64,000 nucleotides of DNA from Ophelia neglecta. Lineage: Eukaryota. Each line of letters opens with the position of its first letter. Within the stretch, counting starts at the first letter, position 1. Of this stretch, positions 39,683 to 52,562 are shown in pieces. Below the pieces are notes generated by a model that worked only from the letters and a program-made list of their open reading frames with translations, made no database searches and had not been told where the DNA came from. Both the position numbers and the translations under genes were made by a program. The stretch spans positions 136,400,001-136,464,000 of the forward strand of contig OZ260661.1 of assembly GCA_965285935.1 (NCBI GenBank). Reading direction: 5' to 3'.

Positions 39683-42600
39683 TCACGTAAGCTGGATTGT
39701 ATGAATAAAAGGCATTCTTCTATAATTAAGGTTGATTGTTATGTGATTGTTCACCTAAATCAGTCTTTACATTACGTTAATGTTAAATATTAGACACGCT
39801 CAGTGAATTCAGCATACAAGTCATTGTATTGAGGGCGCGGTACTAGAATGCATCATATTTATTTATCTGATAATACACTCTCCTTTCATAAATGCGATGA
39901 ATATAAAGGACAAAATTTTGGAAATTAAGTAATCATGGGTGGGTTCATACGGAAATAATCGCGATTAATAACACCAACCTCATTATGTTTTACCAGTTGG
40001 TCCACTGCATCTTCGTGTTCACGGGCACGATTGGCGCGATCTTTTTCAAACTCTTTATTCTGCCTCTTTCTGTTATCCTCCACAGCCTTTTAAAACTAAA
40101 AGAAAAACGTATTTTCAATATTTAGCTACGAATATTGTGCGGCCTAGGTGATTGTATAAAGCATAAATATTAATAGCCGGTTAGAGCACTGGTATAGATA
40201 TTTAGCAAAATTCGATAGACAGGCAACTAGGAAAAGTTCATGAAAGCCTTGCATTAAATATAAAGTGGTTCAATACTTTCTGGCCAAAGTAATTAGTGGT
40301 GATAAGAACACAAAATGTCTTCCATTTGGGTAGACCAAAACTAATTAGCTAGGAAAAACTTAATACCTGCTTTTGGAACTCCTCAACTATAGACTTGTAA
40401 GCTGTAGAAACCTGTGCAAGTGATAGCATTCGGCCACGAAAGGGGCGCATGCTTGTCAGCTCGATTGTTTTGATGAAATCTGCAATTCGAACACAATTTC
40501 TTTTCAAACCTTGTCCTAAAGCTTATACGACTGCTTATAGACGTATTACATTTATGGTCATTCTAAAAAGTGTATTATAACCTGTTCAATAAAATCTCTA
40601 TATCTACCTATAGGGTCTCTGAAGGTTACTAAGGCATATGAAAAGATTTCACTACGTTCCACATGCTCGATGCTACCGATCATGAGGCGGGAAAAAAATT
40701 TGCACAGGTCAGAGTCTTTAGTTTCAGCTGGGATATTCTTCACCAGAACCTTGTGGTCATCTACTACACATGGAATATTGACTGCTGGAGTAAGTAACTC
40801 AACCTTAAGGTTACTTCCTTTAGGACTCTGAGGGACGTTTTTCACTCTCCATGCAACTGAATAAAATTTAGAGATTTATGCTTGGTAACTTTGTATTGTG
40901 GTAAAATAAATGTTATATTGTGGTAAAAATTAAATAGTAGAATAATTATCAAATACCAAGGGATAGAGTTGTTACCTTCGACAGACTTGTACGTTATGGT
41001 CACTGTGTGGTCTTTCTTGCAGTCATCGCAATAGAAATCCTCCATTAGACCACCTGCTGATCTCCGTTCACTCTCAAACCAAAGCTCCAGGTAGTCCATG
41101 TCCATATCGGGCGGAATATCAGTAACCAACACGGCCTGAATGAATGCTTTGCCACCATGATCTAGGGAGGTTTGACCAAGTGTTGATTCTTGTGAACAAA
41201 CAAATTTCCTCCACAATCATCATATATTAATTGAAATTAACATATCATGATTGGATTCAAATATATATCACGAACGTATATACAGTGAAGTGTACGTTTT
41301 CTTTGCAGTGGTTCGAAGTATGAAGATAGTACGCACACAATATGCACACTGGGCTTTAGAATCACCGCAAGCCGCCAGCTTATTGGGACGAATTTTCTGC
41401 GTAATGGGAAAAGTCAATCAACGTATCCTGCGCATAGTACGCACATGTTCGAGAGTGACTATAATGCCAAAACACATGTCCTTATCACTCAATTAACAAC
41501 ACATCTTGCCTCCAAGGGAAAATCCGCGAGTAGAAAAAGTCCCCTTTGCCGTTTACAAAGGCTACTAACCATTTAAGCATTTTGCGCTATTCCTTGAAAA
41601 TGATTTCAATAAAGTTTCGTTCTGACTACGACTACATTCAAGAAGGTCGGTGTTGTTTTGTCAACGGGATGATAAGGCTATAGCCCAGGGGGCCAGTGGT
41701 ACGTTCATAGAATGTTATAGGAATTATTAACATGATTACTGTTCTTAGCAATGGGCCCTTGCCACAGAGTAGCTTTTTTGTATAATTCTTAGCCGTTCGC
41801 TATGAAAAGCACATTTCTTCTCTATCACATACATTTAACTTCCATCCTCCCAGCGCAGCCGAATGTGGAAATTGCCGCCTAGTGTTGTATTATCCGCCAA
41901 GGTGGAGCCAGTAATGTAGTACAGTTGACGCTTGTGATTCCCACCAATAGTAATTGGCCTCCGTAGACTCCGACAATGTATGATTATGCTTCTCTTCTCT
42001 GGTAGTTGGTTCTACCAGTCTAGCTTGCTGAGCTTACCCGATGAAACAAAAAAGCCAAGAAGGCACCAATACACTTGTTCCCAATGAGCCGTAGTTTCAA
42101 ATCGCTGAGTTCTAAATATGGATGAGCTTTCGATCCGGTTATATCGAGTGGTTGCTGTATTAATTATTTGAAATTAATCTCGGGTCTAACAGACTTTTAT
42201 TAGCTTTAAATAAGCTAACACACTCCACATGAGAACATCTCCACCTGTTGCGTTTAGGGTAGACATGAACCGTGTAGCTATGTAAATGGTCGCCTCTAAT
42301 GATAGCTTATAATTCACTGTCGAGACGTTTAGCTAACGGCAATTTTCCTATTATAGGTAACCAAACAATATCCCATCCTCGGGGAATAAACTAGCACATT
42401 CTGCATAAGCAACTCTTCATTTCTATAGTTTGTATGGTGCATGCAAGATTCTCCATCTACAGAGATACGCACTTGTTCCTCTGACAGGTTGTTTAATGTG
42501 GCGAGAAGATTATTTCTAACATTTTTCCAACATCGAAATTAACAGAATATAATATCGAATTAATTGTGACCTGCATGGAATTGGTAGAAGATTAGAATGC

Positions 42601-45600
42601 TAAGCTTTGTATCATTATAAGTCACAAAATATAACATTGTTTTCCATTATATATTTTTATTCCTATACACTTAAAATAGGCTTAATATATACCATCTGCA
42701 ATCCAGATTGTTCAGTATAAGCCTACAAAAAATACGTTTATTATACCATGACAATCATCCCATGTTCAAAGAACTCAGCTGTTTTCTTTGTGACACTTTA
42801 GTAACGTGTTATAGCTTTTACATTTTATTATAGACAAAGGCAAGAAAACCATCACTCTTTAATGTGTGAGTTTCCACATGGCGTAGGTGATCCCAGAATA
42901 TAACACGGAAAGGTACCAGCCTTGCCATACTATTCGGCACGGCAGAATGACATTCATACACACTCATGCCATAGACTTGTCCATGCACATAGTAGATAAA
43001 TGGACATTTGGCAGATGAACGAGACAAGCATGGAACTATTTGCTTATCAATGCGCTTTGCCGTAAGACAAGTTAACTTCTTGACTTAGGGCGTATTTTTG
43101 GCGTACTCGTACGCAAATATGTCACCGAATACGCAAAGAATACGTATACTTCACTGTCCATTTAGAAAAATAAATATAACACTAATGAGCCACACGAAAA
43201 TGAATTACACATTACCTTCAACATGGATCGTGTCTAGTACTGGTTTCTGCGGGAGCCTTTTATACAGAAAAAACAAGACATATACTTATTCATAATTTGT
43301 TTCCTTTTGCAAATCATGAATAAACAACGGTTTTGTCCTTTCTCACTTATATGTTTAAATGTTTGAACAGATGTCCACAACAGAATTGTTCTATTTATAT
43401 CTAAAATACATATAGCATTTTATTGAAGATAAACAAAACAAATTTTATCTTACATCATGTGTAAATTATCAAGCGCCGATTCTGTAGGTAGTACTTCTAA
43501 TGCATAAGCGCCCGGATGGGTCTGAACACCGTCTTGATAATGACTATCCATAACTCCCAAGCAATCATACAATTTTGAGACACACAGCTGATGTCCTTTA
43601 ATAGTGTGTTTTCCTTCCAAAACACTGTGGAATACTATTAAATAAACGACAGTGAGTGGATTAAATAATTTAGACAGTCATTTTAACAATCATAATTGCT
43701 GATGATCCGCTGAAATCTGAGTGATTATAATTATATGTTGTACATCCGGTGGGTGGAAACCACCCTTATAAATATTAAACATTGTTATCATATTTCCTGC
43801 AATTATACTCCAAAAATGCCGACACAACTTGTTCAAACATTTTTAATCTAAAATTTGAAGGCCTATTCTACTCGAGCACCAAGACAAGTTTACAGTTTTG
43901 CTATAGGTTTCATATGAATTAAACTTTGTTTCATACCTAAGAAGGCTAGCCATTCCTTCAAACATGCCAAGTTAAAAAAGGCATACTTTCTAAATTATAA
44001 TCTTAAACCGTGTAAGGTGTTTAACCATGTTAGCCACAGTGAACGCTTCTTTGAAATTAAGTAAAACAAAGACAATAATCATGCTTATCGTACTTCTTGT
44101 ACAAAGCTAATTTCGCAGTTGGCATCCTCAAAAGAACTGTGTTAATAATATTAAAACAATAAATCAATAAATAGGCACCATTCCTGATTTATAACAAATG
44201 ACTTTGTCCTTCGTCTCTATGCAATGTGCAATCTTGTCCGGCCACAATGTAAGCGTGATTCGTACACACGAACGACGAAATAAATAGCCAAATGCACCCC
44301 TCACTTACTCTATGGGGTCAGCAATTGAAGTCCCTTGGGTTATCGAACTGTGGGTTCTCTTTGGCAATATATATGTCAGTTAATTATATACCTTTGAACA
44401 TTGAACTGGCTTTGCATACGATAATATCCAATTATTTGATATTTGCGTCAATTATCTGCTATCGATTAAACATTTATGATGTGCTATACGCTAGAAATCC
44501 AATATAAAAACACTATATTTAACGTCAATAATGAAGGGGAGATTCTTGGCAATTTATGTGACCCTTCCTCTTTGACACCATATAACAATGTTTTTTTCCC
44601 TTAGAAAGAACCAGGTACACATGTTGTAATACTATACGTGTGGTCAGTCTTTTTAATTTGTTTCTAAAGGTATCCAAATTATTTTTTAAACCTACCTTCC
44701 TCCATCTCAAAATGAATCAACACATAGTCCTCATCAAAATGAGGATCATATTTTACGATTCTTCCTCCTCCATTTCTGTCGCTTTCGAAGTACAGGTCAA
44801 TCGGATAGTCGACTAAGCCTTTGACACCATTAACTTGAACACCCTTTGTCTTGACCACCTGCTCAACTGATAATATCGTTCCACGATATGGTCGCAGTTG
44901 TAAAGTCCTTGCTAACTTCATGAAATCTATATATCAAAGAAAAAAATGCTTCATTACCAATAAGGCGAGCATTCACGGCATTTGGAAAACACTTAACACA
45001 TATTCTTATTTATTACAGTTACCCATTTATGGTGAATACTCCCGAAAGGATTCATTAATGAAATGGTAAAAGGGTTAAGCAAAGAGGCATGTCCTGCATG
45101 TCAGACAAGTACAGCATTTACTATTGTAAACTGCATTGATTTAATCTGAAATTTAAATGACGTGCTTGACATTGCTATGTATATAATAACACTAAACATA
45201 CAGCATTGTAGAAGATGAGGTGGATTCATTTCTGTCCTTCTGGTGCACCTTAAACAACTTGGACAAGACATTCTATAAACTACAGCATAAAAACTAAACT
45301 TTCTGCCATCATTTCTCCAAACGTGTTTCAATGCCGTGTCATCTACATGTTAGAGATGAAAAAATCCGTACAAACCGCTCTATCGTATTAATCAAGTATT
45401 AATCAAGTTTGGTGCGACTTATTACAATGCGTTCCAAGTTCATTTCTCGTTTGGCCGAAATTGAAAGTTGGAACTGTGCTGGTTTTACTTAACGACTTTA
45501 ATATGTTGACATTGGTCTTCGTTGACCATATGCAATACACTACAAAACGCAACTCTACTCAAAGTAGTTGACCAGTGCCGATTAATGGTAACTCTAGTGC

Positions 45601-46923
45601 CTTTTCGACATTTGCTGGATGCTGCCTTTGTACAGATCGAGTTTAAGTGTTACTAGCTACCTGACCTGAAACCCTGAGGAAAAATTCAAATGTGAACAGA
45701 TACCCGGGAGACAAAGGGAAATGATTTATCAGAAAATGTTTTCTTAAATCGGTCCGAAATAAATAGGTAATGTCCTCTGCAGACCTACACAGACCAATAC
45801 TTAGTTATCTTAGAATTATTTAAATATTTAAAATATAATAGAAAATATACTTCAAACAAATAGTAATCTTTTAACCTTGGCAATGATGTTTAATTTCCTT
45901 CTATATATTGAAATGATGTATGCTAAAGTAATTACTCCTAGAACGAACCTATTGGGCATTCGAACACCACCAGTGCTTTGGCGGGATTTGCACCGCATTC
46001 AATACTTTCGACGGAAGAGTTTTCGTAGCGGTGGAAGAAGCGGTGTAACTCTTTTGTGCTACTCCCAGATGGTACATTTGTTACAAGCACCAATCTGTCA
46101 TCAAGAGAACCCTCCACTTCCGTCACATTGGGATCCGCGGTTAGCAACTTGACATTGACTTGGATTCCCTTTGGGCGCTGGGGCATTTCGGCCACTCGCT
46201 CTGCAACTAAATGGATGTAATAAAACTAGTACAATAAAACACACACCAGTTTGAATAGTTGTGGTTTCTCGTGGTATTGGTTATGACATAAAGCACAGCT
46301 TAATATTTAAAAGGCTTTAGTTTTTTTGTTTATTTGATATATTGGAAGAAAACGGGAGTGAATACCAGCTACATAAGCAAAAATCGTTTATAAAATGTAT
46401 TACATTAAATCGGTGCGAAATAAGCTACGGGCAGTTGAAGGGCCAAAACATCGATCCCCAGTATGAAGAAGGTCGTTCATGTTATAATAATATCGTCATT
46501 GTTTATGAGGAAAGGAAAGAGTTCGGAAACTCAACAATATTCGCGAAATAATGGCTTAACAATACTAGCTCTGATTTCCAACTAACAGCACAATAATCAA
46601 CCCTTTTCACTTGCAAATGACTGCATGTGGTTTATTACAGCTGGACATTGTTTGCGAGCAAACAATGATCCCGATATGTCTAACATATTATTTTGAAAGA
46701 ATAGAGATGATTTGGAGTCAAAAATCACATAAATTACCTTCGGCAGATTTATATGTAATAGTGACAGATTTGTTTGTAGACAATTCATCAGAGTAGAAAT
46801 CCTCCATCACGTCTCCTCCTGATCTATGCTCGCTCTCGAACCAGAGCTCTAGGTAGTCTGCGTCTATGTCAGGCGGAACATCGGTAACCACGACGGCTAA
46901 ACTTCGTGTTTTACTAGCAGGCC
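39683..46923 (-). CDS. RRM gene 2: five PARP14/NID-type RRMs plus C-terminal charged, coiled-coil-like tail; own first coding exon not found
   Basis: Phase-consistent exons: 46738-46923, 45949-46206, 44696-44926, 43454-43634, 43216-43256, 40976-41161, 40608-40856, 40367-40479, 39979-40086, 39683-39691 (LT*, uncertain). Motifs YLELWFESEHRSGG, LYFESDRNGGGRI, YLELWFESERRSAGG. Tail EEFQKQAVEDNRKRQNKEFEKDRANRAREHE. Confidence 0.8.
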
Positions 46924-48361
46924 CTACAATACAAATCACTTTAAGTACTATTGACCCCCCCCCACCCCAATTATTATGGTTCACCATTTAGTGTAATGGA
47001 TGAAAGGAACCCCAACCCTCATCATGTAGTCTGCGCCAATTGAATAAGTTTCAAGTCGTTTGGAGGTGTTACAGGCTTTTTGATTGGTTCAACAAAAGTA
47101 GTAAACCAACGAATCTACTTCATATCGGAGATTAGCAACTCATCATCCTGGAAGTGGTAAAGTAGGAATGCTCTGTATGGCTCTCTCACGATGCTAAGAA
47201 CGTAGCGTCGTGAAGGTCGTAATATTTCACAAATGAAAGGCCCCATTTTCCAGGCTATTTTCTCGACTTCATGTCCAGTCATATGGGGCGATTAAATAAA
47301 GGTATTGTGTTGGAGTGTACGAAATGTTTGTATTTTTCATCCCACTTTAGGTCTAGATACACTTCATTGACGCGAAGCCTGTCTAAATACAATGCTATTT
47401 GTTACCAACCCCCCTCCCCCATGGTTTTTAGCACCATCTATCATTTTGCAGCTTGCTTAACTTGCATCCGTTATAAAAAATTTCCAGACAGAAATTCTTG
47501 ATCAATATAATACATGACTGCATTATCCATATCAATTCATTTAGGCTTGTCAGCTTTTAGTATAAAGCGAGTGGGTGTCACTGGATGATTTTATTACACT
47601 TTTGCCTCTTACTTTGAAAAAAATCGTTTTTTACCAATTATTAAGCATGTTCCATGATTAAGCGTGCCTGATCGAAGGATCGGCCGAAATGAAAATGTGT
47701 GGCTAACTGTCGCATTTCTAAACAATGACCCATCAGCTCGTGCTTAACGTCTCAAGGTACGATAGTACAGGTCGTACCTTCAGTAAATGACGTAATGATT
47801 AAGGGCTCGTCATGGCACTTTAGTAATGGCAAACCATAACATCACCAGCCCTCATGTTTAATAATAAATAGCATCGTTTTCTTTATTAGTTGTTGAGCTG
47901 CTATATAGTAAAGTGATACTGACTTTATTTATTGCACATGTTGTATGTACGATACAAAATCAGTTCTTATTCAATTCATAAAGGTATTTTTTTTTGATAT
48001 AGTGAAATCACACATTCTTGAATAATCGGCAGCTATTCAAATAAGCAATATATCCAATACAATTGTTTGCCATATAGGTATAATGGCATAGTGCCGAACT
48101 TTTTCACGTCTGCCGTAGATACAAGGCAAATTTTGCCCTGTATTAAGCAAGTATGTACACAAAGAGCAAACAAAAAATGTTACAATACCTGCGTCTCTGA
48201 TAATGTGTTCAGACTGTCTTCCCGAATTAAACCTACAGTTAAATGTCACCAAAGAAACCAGTAGAAATAATTATATAGTGTTCATGATCAGAATGTGCTT
48301 CTTGTGCTTTGTTTAAAATAGGAATTTACTGGCCGCATAATATCTGAACGAGTAAGCTGTC

Positions 48362-49566
48362 TTACCTTTCCCAAATATTTTCGAATGTCGGTCTGCTAGC
48401 CGGAACAAATGAAAGACATCTCGCCAAAACGTTTTCTATATCTTCTAGAATCTCTCGGAGGTCACTGTAGGTTGCGGAGTGCTCTGGTAAATGTCTCTTA
48501 TTGAAGAGGGCTGCGATGCACCTTTTCAAATCTTTTGATATACTTGTATCCGCCTTGAACTCTTTTTGGAATGGATAGTCAAGGTCAGGATTCAAAATAC
48601 AGAACAATATACAACCATAGGCCCAAACATCAACCATTTTTAGATCAGAAAGGCTAACCGTTTTTAAGTAGCCAAGAATTGCTTCTGGGGCCTGGAATGG
48701 AATAGTTCCCCTGTCAACGCTAGAGGTCCGGGTTGACAGGGCTGTGTTCGTCTGGATTTCGAGGGATCGCGCTTCTCCAAAATCAGCAATCTTACAATAA
48801 ATGACAAGGCTGTCGTCTACAACCCCGTTTGTCGTGTTACCTACGAGGATATTCGACGGTTTTAAGTCTCGGTGTGCAATGCTTTTGTTGTGCAAGTACG
48901 ACAGTCCTTGAGCCGTTTGGTTTGTTATAAGTCTAAATATGTCATATTCTTCTTGAAAGGTACGGACAGCATTCAATGTATGTAGCTTTTTCAGAAACCC
49001 GCCAAGAGTGGTCACTACATCGTCAACGCCATAAGGCTTGAAGTTAAATGCGACGTATTCCAGCATCAGGGCAAGCGGGTTTGCTACAACACCCAATATA
49101 GATACAATATGGGGATGTTGGAGTGCAAAGAGGACTTTGATTTCTTTTATAAACCGTTTAAAGAACTCTTGATCATCAACCATAGTCTTTAAAACACTTT
49201 TGGTGGCTGCAAATGAATATGTAATATAATTAGATATATTGTAGAAGAAAGTATATTTGAATATTGGTCAGTAGATCCCTTGCATGAAAGTTTGTTAATG
49301 TTGGGTTTTAATGTTTATCATGTGGTAGTATGTTTACCATGTGGTACTTTATTTTCTTGTGTGATGTACTTACTTTCATGGTATTTCGTAGACACCAATT
49401 CCACTTTGCCAAAGGTCCCAACACCAATAAGTTCTTTATCCTTTATGTCATTTGAAGTCCAGATTTTAAGTCCGACATCATTTAAAGCCTGTATACGTGC
49501 TTCATGTTCACCTGTTTGAACATCAGTTTGCAGTTGGATCTTTCTTGTTGCCATTCCTACTTGCAT
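48362..49566 (-). CDS. Intact Ser/Thr protein kinase (TKL-like), at least 2 coding exons
   Basis: Exon 49374-49566 (GVGTFG loop, donor A|GTAAGT) joins in phase 1 to exon 48366-49206: VLK, FIKE, HRDLKPSN, DFG, GTIPFQAPE, DVWAYG, SRP. No internal stops. The end has either a read-through TAA at 48362 or a strong AG|GTAAG donor leading to exon 48189-48232 and then 48033-48109. Confidence 0.9.
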
Positions 49567-50516
49567 GAAAATATCAGTTTAAGGTCACAAGAAACTCAAA
49601 CCAAAATAATGAATGAGAGTTACTTCACTCTTTATTAAGGGACCATTTCTTTGCCTTATGAAGTTAATTAATTGTTATTTAAGAAGTATGTAGATGCTAT
49701 GACTGCTTCAAACAAGCACGCTTTGTTATTGTTAGATTATTGTGCCGCCTATCTCATAGTCATACACACTCGGCTTCGCTGTGACTATGGCGAGCTGCTA
49801 ATAATTTATGTCGGGCCACTGATATAGCGTAACGCCCTGCAATATCATGTTATTGGTATATTAATACCCCCAGCCCCACTTCGCCCCCCTTGGTGATAAA
49901 TAATGAGTGGCCCCAAAAATTTCGTTAAGCTAATGGAAGTTTCAGTTACAACCGTTGATTGTCTCAGAATATCTAACTGTGTTGCCCTAGATATCTGAGT
50001 TTGCTGGTTTATGTTGAGAAGCGCAAAAAGCCCTATTATCGCCTTATGACTATTATAGCAGTGTTCTGGTTTATATTGTGGTCTTACATAGACATTGATA
50101 ATTGTTATGATTAGATATGTGAGTTAACTTACTGTGTTAAATCGTGGATGCTAATTGAAAGTTAGTTCATCTGAAGTGTGTGATTATATCCTGTTTGCCT
50201 TTTATAACTCCATATATCGCTCATTACTCGATCGACACCAAACACCATAATGTTTGTCCTTGTACGTGGTAAATTCCATCATAGCTGACACAGCGTAGGG
50301 GAATTTTCCACATCATGTTACCAGTCAGTTGATACTTTGAACCCCATTTGTACGCCAAGCAAGTCAGGGAAAACGCTATATTGACGTGCGTTTCTATAAA
50401 TAATGTTGCCCGGCAAGTTATTTTTTTCCATAGAGCGGCCTAAGACCTGTCTTTTTGGGCAAGTAAATAGGAGAAATGTCTAAACCTGAGAGACAAAAAA
50501 AGCCTCAGATGAACAG

Positions 50517-50999
50517 TGGAGAATGGGTAGCGATGGGCCTGAGGCGTACAGGGGAGAACGGGTAGCGATGGGCCACAGATGTACAGGGGAGAATGGGTAG
50601 GGATGGGCCACAGAGGTACAGGGGAGAACGGGAAGCGATGGGCCACAGACGTACAGGGGAGAATGGGTAGCGATGGGCCTGAGACGTACCGGGGAGAATG
50701 GGTAGAGTGGGCCTGAGACATACAGGGGAGAACGGGTAGCGATGGGCCACAGATGTACATGGGAGAATGGGTAGCGATGGGCCTGAGACGTACAGGGGAG
50801 AATGGATAGCGAGGGCTTGAGACGTACTGGGGAGAATGGGTAGGGATGGGCCTGAGGCGTACAGGGGTGAATGGGCAGCGATGGGCCTGAGACGTACAGG
50901 GGTGAATGGGTAGCGATGGGCCTGAGGCGTACAGGGGTGAATGAGTAGGGATGGGCCACAGATGTACAGGGGAGAATGGATAGCGATGGGCCTGAGACA
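50517..50999 (+). repeat. 35-bp G-rich minisatellite, about 14 copies
   Basis: Consensus GGGCCTGAGACGTACAGGGGAGAATGGGTAGCGAT; explains the repetitive ORFs at 50440-51000. Confidence 0.95.
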
Positions 51000-52130
51000 T
51001 AGAGGTAAACTATATTGCTAAAAAAAAACCATGTTTATGCAGTACAGATCCATAGTTGTACAACATTATTATTACATACTGACCCTATATCTGAATATCG
51101 TTGTATTGATTAAACACTAATCTATATTTGAATCACGCCAGAATTAAGACTCATAACGAAGAAGTTCCCTAGAGCATGTGATATTTTTATGACACATTTA
51201 AAAACTGTTCATTGAATACAGCTTTTCCAGAAAACATCTTCAGGAAGTGTTGGGTGGAAGATGATGATGTCTTTTTTATTAAAGTTAATGTACACTTTAT
51301 TTTTATGTGTACTAGAAATGAAATCCCAACCTACCTACCTTCTTTGGCCTATTACAGGAAACAAATGTTGTTGTTTGTTGCAGTTTTACTTAAGGTAAAA
51401 GGTAAATATTGCTACTAATCATAGATGACAATCTTATTAATGTCCATTAACGTGCATGTTGCTACTAATCAGATGTAAGATTAAGATGAAGGTTAATAAT
51501 GTTGTTACATTTGCACAATATTTAACAGATATTTTACACAATGTGTGACCGTATTCTCTCTAATTATTGCCCATTATTGATCATTATGTTTTGGGGTTGT
51601 CTGGCATACAATGTTGGTGAACTACTGTAGGTTGCATGGCATTGTATTTGGAGCAGATCCTAAAACCAAGATGGCTACCACACCCACAACCATTTAAGAA
51701 TGATATCGCTTAAACCCATGAAATGATGTACTCTACATTTCTTACCAAAGTACCATATATTATTCTGTAATGTATTGGTTTGCTATGCTTCAGGTGCAGA
51801 TGCACAGTATTCTAGAGGAAGCTTTTTTTTGTTAAATTATTAATATTTCTGCCATTTTTAAAAAATGTGTCGGCAAAGGTGTGTGATTTTGGTCATGAGG
51901 GAAGGGGTAACTGTCTATGGTAAAACCAAGATATTCAGTTATCTACCCCTCTTTTTACAGTGACCTGTCAGAAGTTGAAAGAAAGAAGCATTGGGAGCCC
52001 TCAAAAGTCACGAGAACACTAGTCCGCTTTTATCTCCATGAGGAAGTGGTGTATGTTCCACTCAAAACAAGCAGAACATGTTTGGTATGTAATTTTTAAA
52101 ATTAATGTATTTTGGGGAGTAACTGGTTAG

Positions 52131-52325
52131 GGCTATTCCATTTTTGAATGTGGCGGGGGAGGGGAGGGGCAGTACGGAAGAGAAATGATCACCAGGGGTG
52201 GGCGGGGGGTAAGCAAAAATTGTGCCTAGAGGGGAGGGGGGGGAAACTTTCACACAAGGGTGGGGGGGGGGGATAAAAAAAGATCTGTTCTGCCCCCCCC
52301 CCCTTATTCGAAAATGGAATAGCTC
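52131..52325. mobile_element. Short MITE with terminal inverted repeats
   Basis: GGCTATTCCATTTT ... AAAATGGAATAGC flanking G/C runs; a related element lies at 56910-57157. Confidence 0.65.
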
Positions 52326-52562
52326 TAATAGGAGGAAATACATGAAATGTACATATCATCTGATATTGGTTTGCAGTTTATGTTTATCTAACATTTTCAG
52401 GCTAATTGGTTGACTCGCAAACCTCCTCCCCCTCAAAAGAAAAAGAAACCAATGGAACTTATCTGAGATCATACAAGCTTGAGTTTATAGATGAATCCTG
52501 TGGCCTTGAACCATGATGTAATATATTCTGGGTGTTGTCCCTGAGTTGAGGCTCAAACTAGA

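Noticed and set aside
47015-47280. Candidate first coding exon of RRM gene 2
   Set aside because: The ATG-donor combinations I tested hit stops or give phase 0 or 2 rather than the required phase 1; a cryptic solution is not excluded.
50440-51000. Long Pro/His-rich ORFs; array superficially CRISPR-like
   Set aside because: Head-to-tail 35-bp minisatellite with no unique spacers and no cas genes; eukaryotic context.
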